This document shows, piece after piece, positions 12,700-24,800 of a stretch of DNA of 64,000 nucleotides. The notes beneath the pieces were generated by a model, which saw nothing but the letters and a program-made list of their open reading frames with translations, searched no databases and was not told the DNA's origin. The stretch's first letter is position 1. Every line of letters starts with the position of its first letter. The position numbers and the translations under genes were made by a program. The DNA is taken from contig CM041465.1 in the NCBI GenBank assembly GCA_023213395.1, positions 80,855,741 to 80,919,740 on the forward strand, written 5' to 3'. Origin of the DNA: Cycas panzhihuaensis. Taxonomy: Eukaryota; Plantae; Cycadophyta.

Positions 12700-14647
12700 C
12701 TTATGTTTCGATGCATGAATGCCCTTTTTGGGTGATCATTTCCCTTACCCTCGTAGATCCTTTAGCCATGAAGTTGTTAGTTGCATTGGATTGATCTCTT
12801 CAAATTTGGTGACCCCCAAACGTATGATTCTAGAACCCTAACAAATTTAGCGTTATATGATATTTTTTAGACATATATATATTTTTAATCATGGCATGGA
12901 CATGATATTATGTAAAAAGGATTACATTATTTGGTGTATATTATTATGGCAGACTTCAAATTTCATTGGAAAGGGTGTATTGTTTTCAATTTGAAAAATT
13001 GAATTAAGTTATATTGTATATTATTTCAAGTCTATCCAAATTTCTTAAATCGGCCAAAGATCAGGTCCTATGGAGGCTTAATATGACCAGCAACTAGCTC
13101 GTAGAAGGGTCTAGTCCCCATTTTTATTATTTTCTAAAGTATTGGTCACTTTTTTGGACATATCTTGAGATTAGGAGGTCCTTTTTCAGTCTTGTCTATT
13201 GCATTGGGTCTGTAACAGAGAGACCTTTAATTTTGAAGGTCCTTTGACATATTTTGGAGTTATTTTCATGGAGATATTTTAGTTTAAAGTCATAAGATCT
13301 TATCTTTCTTCATTTTTTCTTAGCTTCTACAGGCACATATTGTATTTTCGAGGCTTCTTGATGTAATGTACTCCAAATGAGAGGGATGACATGTACTATG
13401 GTCTTATTTTTTGGCTCTTGAAGAACCCATTGTGATTATCTTATACTTCATTTATGAGAGAGAGTCATATATGCTACACTCAAGTCATATATTATTTTTT
13501 TAGTCATGTAAAAACTTTTAATGTTAGTTAGTTTGCCTATGGTGGTAAGTTGTTAGCCTAATGATATATCTTTTAGCCCATGTGGCATATTTAAGGCCAT
13601 AGTGCTATTATATTTCTGGTCATTAGATGCCGAAGAAGTGTTAGTCCTATTGAGTGAGAGATAGGACACACTTTTAAAAGCTACTCTTACTTGCTATGTG
13701 CCATGTGCCATGTGCCTTCTATATTTTTCTGCTTGCACTCCTATATGAGCAAGGGGTGCGAAATTATTCAACTACTCTTGCCAGCTCCTGATTGATCCAT
13801 GTATACAAAGGGAGTTTCTACCCAACTGGTGGTTGCAACAACTGATGACCCATGCATTCCAGTAGATGGACTCCACTTCATATGGACTTCGGTAGCTTTT
13901 TTATTTTGTGTAACAGTATTTGTGATCCAGTAGACTCTTGAAGACTCAATCTTATTATTAATGTGACAACATTTATGTGATTGACTATTATAGGGGGAAA
14001 TGTTAGGTGTAATACCCAATTATATTAACCTTATGTAAACTCTCTCTATTTCTTGTATTTTATATTAGAGTTGTAGGCCACCTTGATATGTGTGCCACCT
14101 TTAAGTAGACTAATGGGCTTCTCTCACTAGTGGTGAGCTTGTATTATAAGTATGTACTCTTCATTATTCATAATTGAGTTTTGGCTAATCCTCCACACAT
14201 TGTGCTTATTGTTGTATGCATTTCATCATTTTGTATTTTATTGTTTAGCTCTTGTTCCCTAATAAAGTTTTATGTGATTATTACATTCCTAATTCTAATA
14301 GAGTAATGGCCCTTAAACTTTGCTTTTTTCATCTTGGAATATAACATTGAGTCATTCATCATACAAAAGTTATAATAGATCATAGTTTGTCCAATTTAAA
14401 CTTAATGTAGATTTGGCAAGTAATCTTATAGATAATCATCAAAAGCATCTTAAAATTTGAAGTGTATATCAAGTATGACTTCAACCATTATTCTAATCAT
14501 CACCTGTTTGCCTTTATTTTCTTCAACATATGAATAATTAGCATCTATTAAACCAATATCAAAATTTAAAGATAAGACATCAAAAGAAGAATTAACATCA
14601 CTTGAAATATTTGAGAAGTGATCATTATCCTATATAAATTCTTCCTT

Positions 14648-15340
14648 TTAACTAGCATATCTAACAATAACTCCTTTATCCTTTACAGTAGAATCTTCAT
14701 TAACTTGTGAACAATTCAAATTTGAATCAATAGTCAAATCAAGAATTAAGTTTATATCAACGAATTTATCTTCAACAAGGCAATTTGATTTTGATTCTTC
14801 CTCCCCTAAAACAATAGGGTCATCTAAAGAAACTTCTATTGTTTGATCACAATCATCAATAGTCAGTTTATGAATTTCAACATGCTCAGTAATGTCATCA
14901 TATTCAACAACATATTCAAGAGTAGTCTCTTTATATTCATTAATATTCCTTATTCCTTCATTAATACCTTGACATATTTTTCTACCTGCATCAATAGTAT
15001 TGTCTTCATCCTCTTTATCTATATTATAACTATTAATGATTTTGTTTACTTTTTCAAGAATCTCTTGGATCTCTTGAGGACTCTTTTCATACACATCATT
15101 GAAAAGATTTCGGGCTTCTTTAGTAGTATCAACATTATAAATTACATAAACGAGAAAATGGTAAGAAGAAGGAAGTTCATCTTTATTTAATGCAACAAGA
15201 ATGACATCAATTATTGTTTTATTCTTCTTCCTAAAATTTTCTTCCCGTTCTACATCAGTCAAGGTATCATATCCATTAGTGATCATTTCTATAACCTTTT
15301 GTATACAAATATGCTTTGCATTTTGATTGCCCAACATCAA
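14648..15340 (-). CDS. Element C gag-like ORF (copia gag N-terminal-like region plus acidic extension), 230 aa open
   Basis: ORF track. VIEMITNGYD...RKKNKTIIDVILVAL...VDTTKEARNLFNDVYE resembles copia gag (W..V..GY...KD.KA...I..AL...TAKEAW..L...Y). It is sense to element C. Confidence 0.55.
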   Translation of the reverse strand: MMLGNQNAKHICIQKVIEMITNGYDTLTDVEREENFRKKNKTIIDVILVALNKDELPSSYHFLVYVIYNVDTTKEARNLFNDVYEKSPQEIQEILEKVNKIINSYNIDKEDEDNTIDAGRKICQGINEGIRNINEYKETTLEYVVEYDDITEHVEIHKLTIDDCDQTIEVSLDDPIVLGEEESKSNCLVEDKFVDINLILDLTIDSNLNCSQVNEDSTVKDKGVIVRYAS

Positions 15341-16314
15341 TAATTTATTTTAGTGTACTTAGGTAAAGTAAAAGGAAAGTTTGTTAACCAATATTGATTC
15401 CTTTCAGGTACAAAAATGATGATGTCGTCTAACTCCATGATGTAAGGATAAGATGATCAAAAATATATTACACAAAATTTATGCATCCACTTCAAATTGA
15501 AATAGCTTTATCAAATCAATAGCAAAATAACTTAAAACATGCTCCAAGTTGTAGTACTCTGAATGAGGATTTCGACAAATCAAATAGTTTAAAAAATAGA
15601 TGCTTAGTTAAAGAGATATCATGAAAATTGTGAAGTGACCTCCTTATAAACAAAAATTAAACTAGAATAAACTTTAGCTCCTTTTCTCATATTAGCACCA
15701 GGTCATATTGAAACTACATAGAACTAAGGGCTTAATTGTTAGGGGGCTAATGAACTTCAAAACATATTATAATATGATTTATTATAAATTTGACTTTATA
15801 AAAATAATTAAATATGCCTTATTCTCATTTGGCATTCATAAATTTGAATGAAGTATCCAAAATAGCTTAATATGTAAAAACCTTTGTAAGAGAAGATCAA
15901 GTTATGTCAAAAAATTAAGAGTTGCATAATAACAACCCTATAATGACTGATTTTCATGAAAAATCTAACTAGAATGATAAAATATTCAAACTGTTGGATC
16001 TTTAGAAGATAGACGCCACTCTAAACTTGATGCAATAATATTTATGAATCCAAGATAGAGGTGAGTAAATCAAATGGCGCATTCAAAACCACACAATGCA
16101 AAGCCATACAATAATTCAATATCTAGAGTATAGAATGATGTAATCACTTACTACCAATTGTCATGAAGATGCAATCAATGATAAGGTACTAGGGTGAATC
16201 ATTAGGTAAGGTCATGGCTTAAATATTCTCCTCAGGGTGAACAACAAGTAGGTGATATAACCAAGTGTCTTCCCTTTTATTCCCTCACATAAAATGAGAC
16301 AAAGTATCTTTCTA

Positions 16315-17065
16315 GTAGGTACCATATACAATGTTGTATATATTATTAGTGTCAACAAACTATAGAAAGTAATCTTCTATGATTTCAAGAAGTCCATCTT
16401 GATCTTAATAGGGACATCTACTCTAATATTTAAGGGAATGATGTCTTCATATTGCTTAGTTTACAGAGATGAAAGAAGCTTGTCATTCTAATGCATGTTG
16501 GTCCTGTTGAGGGCTACCACTATAACTATAGTGTTCTTGCAATTTTGGTAGAAAGCTGCCAACTTCCCATAATAGAGGTCTATTTTTATATATGACATGG
16601 CTATGTAACTTTTTAATTTAATTTTATTTTATCTATTATTATTTTCTTTTGGATTCATGGCCATGATTTAGATGATAAATTGTAAGCTTATGGAAGAATC
16701 ATCAATATTGGCATCAAATTTTATAATCTAGATTCTCTACACTAAATACTTTTGAATCTTAGGTTAGAATATTAGGTGAACGACAATACACACAATTGCC
16801 ACAATAATAATAATTGGGAAGAGAAAGTAGAATAACTAGGAGAGGCAGTGACAACTCTTTATCACCTTCAATTATGAGTAATTTTATGCACAGTTGCATT
16901 CTCCTTTCCTAATCACAACTGTAATCATTGTATAATTCACTCAACCACTCCTCTTTAGAGTTTTAACTGGCTATTTATCATTTATTTCCATGGCTAAATA
17001 TGTAACTATATATCCATGGCTGGGCACTTCATATAACTACTTTTTGGGCACCTATGATTAACTAT
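16315..17065 (-). pseudogene. Captured NDR1/HIN1-like (LEA_2 domain, NHL6/NHL13-type) gene in the leader of C
   Basis: Minus-strand translation with stops and shifts: (Q)VPKK(Q)LYEVP ... ENA ... KSCHCLS(W)LFYFLFPIIIIVAIVCIVVHLIF(Q)PKIQKY.VENL.IIKFDANIDDSSISLQFII.IMAMNPK...SYIAMSYIKIDLYYGKLAAFYQNCKNTIVIVVAL...LLSSL...IIPLNIRVDVPIKIKMDFLKS.KITF. The NHL motifs appear in the expected order. Confidence 0.85.
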
Positions 17066-19779
17066 CTTCTTCTATTCCATACACTAGAACAATCATTCTT
17101 TAGGGTTTTATCTCATGAGCTTATGCTTTTATGTAGACATGCAACCATCACTCCTTTATATAGTCATTGATTGCATACATTATATATAGGGTTTTATTTA
17201 TCACATAGTTTAAAATAGAAGAAATAAAAACCAAAGTGAGTTCCCTGGTGATGGCTTTACAATGGCAAATTAACACATTTATAAGCTGAAAAATAGAGCA
17301 TAATCTCATTTGCATCTATGCATGAATATATGTAAGATTTGTTCATGCTAGATTTTCTTCAATGAAAATACTTTTACATAAACTTAATAACTGACTTCGA
17401 ATTTCACTAATCAAATCCTTAATATTCTCCAACACAAACCCTGGAAAGTATTTACAGTTATAAACCTTCACTTTTACCATACAAATAGAATTTAATGACT
17501 GGAAAAATTATATACATTCATCTATCATTATTTTTTAGTTTCACAAATTCTTGCCAACCAAGTTCTTTATAGGGTAAACCCTAGTATATAGCTTTTATTC
17601 ACATAATAAAGTGAAAGAATCATATTACCTAGTAAAAATTCTATCTTGCATCAATGAAGGTCATGGCTTGGCATAACTTGCAATAATCATAGCCTTAAAG
17701 TTTCACCGTCTACAAGTAGAACCATAAACTAGTAATCGACTTTACGGAGCTATCTCCACACTCATCAATAGAATGGTGAACCTGTAAAATGATAATCTTA
17801 ACAAGCAACTTGCTCTGATACTATGTTGAAATATTCAATAGAGATCATTTAATATCAAGAACAATGAAATAAATATCATGAACATAATAGAAATATCATT
17901 AACTCATAATCAATATGTCTACATCATAATGACACCACAATAACAACTTAACAATGATCTCTATCTTGACTCAATGTGTACTACTCTATCTCATTCACTT
18001 ATTTATACATCATAAATAAGAGTATCTAGGATGGGGTGAGTTATATGTAGGACTATTAACCTCTAACACAACTAATGATGTAATACCTATTTATTGACTA
18101 ATAACATATTTACCACCTACTTACACAAATGTGTATTATAATAATGTTATAATATTAACCCTCAGAAGTCTAACATTTATAATTGAATCTAGTTTTTTTC
18201 TTTATGATGATGTGCTTACAATAATACATAGTAAATAAAGAAATGGATGATGGTGAATATCATAATATACCACACCACTGGAAAATATATTAATATGATA
18301 TCAATATATTAATCAAATGATGGTGAATATATTAATACACCACGCGACTATTATTTTAGAAAATGTTTCCAAATAACATGCTAATTTTATTGCAGAAATA
18401 TCTATATAAAATATATATTTGATCACGTAAACATGCTATGTCTAAGACAAGGAGAATGGGCGATGTAACTATGGTGAATATGTAAAGAAGATTTCTATGC
18501 AAAGGTGATTAATGTAGTCAGCCACAAAGAGAAAATCAACTCGATGGAGGTTTTTTGATGGTCTCACTAGGTCCTGAGTCTAATATTTCTACTATGAAAT
18601 TTTAAATCAAGGAATTTAAGATTGATTAGTTGGGCACCACTGGTAAATGTTGAATATATATTTGTGTAGAGCTTGATGATGTTAGAATAGAGCTAGGCTA
18701 TGTGAAAGGACTTTGGTTATGATATATCACCACTTCCTCTATACTCTCTAAGAGATTGCTCTATATATATTTTTTCTTTTTTCTTTTTGTAATTAATTTA
18801 TATGCTTACATATGAATGGTGATAAGAAGAAAAGGAACATATGCTTAAACTTACAAAAATTATTAGAGACTAGGGAGAAAATGTTATAAACATATTATGA
18901 TGTAGATAACAATGATAAAGTGATGATTCAGATGAGGAGATGAGGTGCCACAATTAATTAGAATGTAATGTATGATAAATAGTTGAGATAGATTGCCTCA
19001 CTATTTCTATGTTTGTTTAAAGAGATAATAATATTTATAAATTAAAACTCCAAATGTTTAATCTTATAAGAATATAGGTTTGAGTGAGAGGATAATCAAA
19101 TATGAAGTTTACACGAGTAATGCAAGTTATAGTGGTAGTTATTTGACTAGATCAAGAGTACAACTCATATATGCTTATCTGCAAAAGTGCCCATAACTAG
19201 TGTATGTCTAATTGTAAAAAGTGCTTAGTTAATAGTCTAAGTTTTTGCTAATTTATTAAATGTATAAGAGATATCTTAATGAATATATAGGATATTAAGT
19301 GAAGGGAATCAAAAATCAAGTAATGGTACTGGCTAGTAATGAAGATATTGGCTAAAAGTTAAAATGAAAAGGATGATGTGTTTTCTCTTTCCTAGACTTA
19401 GTATTATACTTGCAAACAAGGGCTAATAATTAAGATTCTTATAAACACCAAAACATAGAAGTAAATGGATTAAATAAAGATTATCGATGCTAACTAAGCT
19501 AAATTAAACTCACTTTGATACCACTTGTTAAGGACCTACTCCATAATTTGAAGAATTCTCTAGATTAATATGAGGGCACAGGAAGATTTTAAGAGCAATC
19601 AAAAGACTAATAAATTGATTGATAAATAAGTGACATTCAATATTACATTTGAGGGTATATTTATATATACATAATAGGCCTTTTTCATAAGTAGTTTCAA
19701 TTATTTAAGGATGTTTGTTCACTTAATGATTGATTGGTTAGTTTTAAGTAAGTTCATAACATAGCCCTACCTTATTTTT

Positions 19780-20115
19780 TATTAGAGTGGCATTATATCC
19801 ACTTAATCAACTAATGTAAATGAGGTGATATATTATACAAATATTATGATATATTATTGTGATGTAATATTGGGTCGACGAATGTAATCTCTAATCTATT
19901 TATTTGAGGCACTTATGGGTCTATAAATAGGGATCCAATGTCTACTGTAATATTATGGGAGATGTGTGAAAATATAACATTATATTTCTGTGGTGGGGTT
20001 TTCTCAAAAGGGTTTCTTACATTAAATCTATTATCCCTGTGTGCTTGTTCATTTGATGTCTATTATGTACATAAATGATTATGTGTCTTATCTATATATT
20101 TGGTGTTTTCTAATA
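19780..20115 (+). repeat. D1: isolated LTR of the D family, followed by a possible PBS remnant, inserted in A
   Basis: Colinear with 32268-32596 and 43127-43456. Followed by tggtgtc (cf. TGGTATC). No TSD, so it may be a truncated 5' end rather than a true solo LTR. Confidence 0.8.
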
Positions 20116-20119
20116 TGGT

Positions 20120-21760
20120 GTCTCATAAATAATTTATCTAAGTTTATTTTGAAGGAATCGAGTGTTATGAGCTACTAACTACCAAGAATGATATCTACTC
20201 TTCCCACATCAAGCATGTAAAAAATTTCTTTGATAGTAATATCACCGGCTGTGAGTTTAAGGTTTCCCATCATACCTTATCATAAGATAACTTATTAGCC
20301 TCTAACACTTACTTGAAAAGTGGATGTTCTTTATGGAAATAACCTTAAGTATAGATGAGAGATCCTATCCATAAAATTATGAGTGCTTCTTGTATCTATC
20401 AAGATTATAATGACTTAATTTTGTATGAATTCTTATAGTTTCAATGTATCTGATCTTGTGATACCACTCATATCTAAAAATGATAATTTTATAATGTCAT
20501 GTTGGTGATTGTAGTAGTCCTCTTATAATTTATAATAATCTTCTTATGCTGTTTTTAGGCTTCCTTCCTCCTCATATCCTTCATCCTCTACTATGGGTGA
20601 TAATTTAATTATATATAATTAGTTTTTCTAACATTTGTGATCCAGTACCCACTTCTTGGTATATCTAAGATATAATTTTTTTTTTTTATTAAATCTTATT
20701 AGTTTTTCATTGTTCTTTGAAAAACAAGCCTAATTGGTTGGTTGGACCTAGCTAGTAAGGAACTAGGTCAAATAATTGGTAATGGATTAGGCTAGGTAAA
20801 TGGGGGAATATAGGGTCTTATTTTAGATTTTTGAAGCTCGTTGATCTTATCTTCTTATGTCCTAACAAGTCATATTGATTTATTAATATCATTCAATTCT
20901 TGGGTCTTCACATTAAATTGAATTTCTTTTATCAGACCACCAATGTATAATTGGATGAGTCTATCAGTTGTAATATCTTCTAGTATATAGCTCAATTTGG
21001 TGAATGTTGTGTTGTATTATTCTACAGTTCTTGTTTACCTTAATTTTTGTAATTCATAATAATAATCACGATTGGCTACAACTTCAAATCTTTTAATGAA
21101 TAAATGGAGAAACTCTTTCCATGTTGGTAATTAGTTTTAGAATGTGGTATGCTCCAAACTATGCTACCATTCATATGCAATTCCATCCATGTGTAACATT
21201 GCATAACGACTTGCCTAGTTGTCTCAATTTTTGCCAAGGAAAATAATTTTTCATTTGTTGTATCCATGCTCTTAGTTTATGTGTCTTCTACTCAATGTTA
21301 ATGTATTTCATCACATTTTTTTCTAGCTTTTTCTTTCTTTTTTATAATTATATAGATTGTAAATAGTTAAAATATGCTTGGAATTCAATCACTTTTTATT
21401 CTTTAGGTGTTAGGTTTTGGTAGTTATTTAGATATTTTTCTAATAGGCTCATTGGTGAGATTTAATTATGTTGTTTTAGGTCTAGAATTATCTCCTATAA
21501 GTTGTGTTCTAACATACGATTTATGACTAATCCCTTCATCTTTCAAATCTAATATAATTACTTCATCTTTTCCTTATGTTGCCATAATAGTTAAATTTTT
21601 AAGATTTGATGTAAAGTGTGGTTTAAAAGTATATTCAATTTTTGTACTACCCCATGAAGTACTGGTGTAATAGGTTTAATTATGTCTTTTTGACTAAATT
21701 TCTAGCCACTTTATTAATGTTCATTATATTTGTAATGGTATATATATAATTCCATAGCTT
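20120..21760 (-). pseudogene. Element A protease and gag remnants
   Basis: Homologous to B 4670-6300 (FYMLDVGRVDIILGS, YTKKWVLDHKC, WIQQMKNYFSL). Continues the frame broken by the B insertion. Confidence 0.75.
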
Positions 21761-21818
21761 GTACCCCATAACTATGCATTAATAGATTTAATTTATAGCC
21801 TTCTAATTAGTTTGTTAT

Positions 21819-24800
21819 TGAAGGAAGGATGGATCTAGGGAATAAATCACTCACATGCACACAATGGCAATGGAGAATGAAAAGAGATGAAACAAGATAT
21901 GAGAGCAAGCTTGGAGGTGAGAATGAATAATAACTCCCTCCTTGAGATTTTACCTTTTATTATTGAGGGTGAGCATCAGGGTTAGGATTTCTTACCTAAT
22001 GACATGAATATGAAATTACATCTAAATACATATAAAGTGCATTTCATTAAGAGACTAATGCTAACAATATATCCTAAGGTTATATAATTAATTTACATAA
22101 ATGACCTTGATACATTAACCTCTTTCAATCTCCCCCTTAATGCTGGAAGATTATTTTTGAGAAAATCTATTCTATGAGGTCTTCGTTTGAGCCTCATTAT
22201 TACATTGAAATTCTAAATGACACTTTTGTGGGAAAACCCTCACGGGGAATAAAAACCCACGAACTTTCTAAGATCTATAACCCCTTTTATAAATTAAAAT
22301 GGCTATGGTGGCTCTTTGATATAGCCTGATAGCCAAGTAGCTTAAATGTACAACTTAATCTTCTAAGTCTCTATATATCGTTTGGTCATCCCCTATGACC
22401 TTTTGGGTTTTCACAGGTTTTAATTTTCTAAAACTAGTACAACCCTTATCCTTTCATGCCCACATGGGATTTTCACAAAGAGGATAGAGCAAAGACTTAC
22501 TCTTATTCTTCCATGCCCACAAGGGGTTTTCACGAAGAGAATAGAGTATGATGATCCTATTGTCATCTTCTTTGATTAGTCAAAGATGGAAGCCCTAAGG
22601 CCAAGCTACTTTTGGAACTATTCAAACTTCACCTTTTGCAGCTGTTTGGTGAATATATCATCCACTTGATCTACTATAGGGCAGTATTCTAGTTGAATTA
22701 TGTCGTCATAAATAAATTCTCTAATTCTGTGGAGTTTCGTACTTATGTCTTTGGTACAATAAAAAAATACAAGAATTTTTGGCATGCAGATTGTTGATTG
22801 ATTATCCACATGAAGACTTGTAGGACTTGTTTGGGTGATATTTAATATTTTCAATAATTTTCTCAGCCATATCACCTCTTTACTAGTCTCAAAAGTAGTA
22901 ATGTATTCAGCTTCAGCAGTTGAATCTACAACTATCTTCTGCCATCTGGATCTCCATGATATTGGTGTTGTTCCAAGAAACATTACATATCCAGACGTAG
23001 ATCTTCCTATATATTTATCTCCTGTAAATTTTGAGTCTGTGTATACAGAAAGCTTGAAGTCTAAATTAGGTTCATACAATAGACCATATTTGCTGGTCAT
23101 CTTAAGGTATCTCAACACTCGTAATGCTACCTGCCAATGATTCTGCTTAGGATTTATCATGTAACGAGTAAGAATAACGATAGAGTATGTAATATCTGGT
23201 CTTGTATTGGTAGTATAGATGAGACTACCTATAAGTTTCCTGTAGAGTGTTACGTCTGCCTTCCTAGTGTCACCTTTAGCTAAGAGTTTGGTATTAAGAT
23301 CCATAGATAACATCACTGGTTGAGCATCTTCTAACTGAAACTTGGTTAGAAGATCTTTCATGTATTTTTCTTGGGAGAGAAAAAAATTTATATTTTTTTA
23401 TGTTACTTTAATTCCTAACTAATATTTTATCAAACTAAGGTCAAACAATTCAAACGTTTTGCTAAGGTCCTTTTTCAACTGGCTTATTGCCTGTTTACTA
23501 TTGCCTATTACAAGCATGTCATCACAAAGATTATAAGATATGTGACTTTATCCTTATGATACTTGATGAATAATGTTGCATCAATATCTTGGTTGTGACA
23601 AACCTTGTATCCAATTTGTCTCATTCTTTTAGACAACTTGGCAAACCAAGCACGAGGGCCTTATTTAAGGTTGTACAAGGACTTTCTGGGCCTTTAAACC
23701 TTATGCTCTTGATCTTTGATCTTATATGCTTCTGACTGATACATGTAAATTTTTTCTTCAAGATCTCCATTGAGAAAAGTGGTCTTAATATCAAGTTGGT
23801 GGATTTTCCAATCGTGTTGAGCATCCAAGGCCACAAGAGTTCTAATTGTAGGCCACTTGGTTGTAGGTGCAAAGACTTCAATGTAGTCAATGCCTTCCCT
23901 TTGTGTAAATCCTTTAGCTACTAACCCCACCTTATGTTTTTCAAGGGTGCCATCTGATCTATATTTATTTTTGAACTACCTTTCTACCAAGTGGTAGATC
24001 AACAATCTCCCATGTACCATTCTTGATAAGAGATTGGTACTCTTTGTTCATGGGATTTCTCCAAGCTGTATGCTTTACAACTTCTTGGTATGTTAGGGGC
24101 TCTTCATTAAGAGTAAGGTGCATTTCTAATGGTTCAAGCTCAGTATATAATGATTCCTATATCTTTGCTCTATGGGCACTTTGAGTGCCAGTTTTGCCCA
24201 CCTCATCTAGTCGTATATCCTTAGTGAGTTGGCGAGTTACTCAAGATCCTCAAGCTAGGAATGAAGTCCTCTTTTTCTTAACTTCTTGGTTCTCATCTTA
24301 TTCATTGAAATGATTATTTTGTGAGGAGGATATTGATGCGCCTAAGGAAGATGGTCCTTCTACTACTGTTTTGCCTTTGTTAACTAAAGGTAGAGAGGAT
24401 GGTTCTTCTATAATGTCTTTGCCTTTATTAACGCTGTTATCTTCAAAAGATGGTGCTGGATATGCACTCATCAGTTCAAAGTCACAACTTATATCCTCCA
24501 AGGCTCTATTGTTAACTTCCAATATTTGGAAAAATTTATGTCTGCCCCCCCCCCACCCCCCCCCTCCCCAAATTTTAGAATTTGAACATCATACTTGATA
24601 ACATGATTATAGTGGCGTGAGGGTACTTGGAGTCCAGTTTAAGTAATTGATCCTTTGTATCTGCAAAAATGACATCTTTGGTAATGATAACTTTTTATTG
24701 TGAAGGTGTAAAGACCTTATACCCTTTCTTATCCATAGGCTATCTAACAAAGATGCCTTTAAGTGCCCTTGGTTGGAGTTTATTTCGATCTGCATCCAGA

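Larger units (their letters stand above)
7567..14300 (+). mobile_element. Element F: non-autonomous LTR retrotransposon carrying captured GOGAT and BSL fragments
   Basis: LTRs at 7567-7851 and 14001-14300. Perfect PBS TGGTATCAGAGC at 7852-7863. PPT agggggaaa at 13992-14000. Perfect TSD GAGTA (7562-7566 / 14301-14305). No recognisable pol. Confidence 0.92.
7085..18175 (-). mobile_element. Element C: non-autonomous copia-like LTR element with a gag-like ORF and a captured NHL gene; hosts F
   Basis: LTRs at 7085-7436 and 17824-18175. PBS gctctgatacta at 17812-17823. PPT-like ccttcccttaa from 7437. The TSD is poor (GATAT/TTTAT). No complete INT, RT or RNase H seen. Confidence 0.8.
4077..19761 (-). 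mobile_element. Element B: internally deleted gypsy LTR element related to A (gag + protease only), carrying a DUF674 fragment and hosting C
   Basis: LTRs at 4077-4319 and 19526-19761. PPT ttcctccccc at 4331-4340. PBS actttgatacca at 19512-19523. TSD TAGTT/TAGCC. Inserted between the RT and protease of A. Confidence 0.85.

Noticed and set aside
13850-13990. RNase H remnant in F (DSTS..LR.L...CDN)
   Set aside because: Few residues match, and the homologous region in K does not keep the frame. Treated as non-coding.
14843-15190. Plus-strand ORFs antisense to retroelement genes (also 22835, 24371, 26301, 26371, 37881, 47683, 50691, 58794, 61874)
   Set aside because: Shadow ORFs of minus-strand gag/pol sequence.
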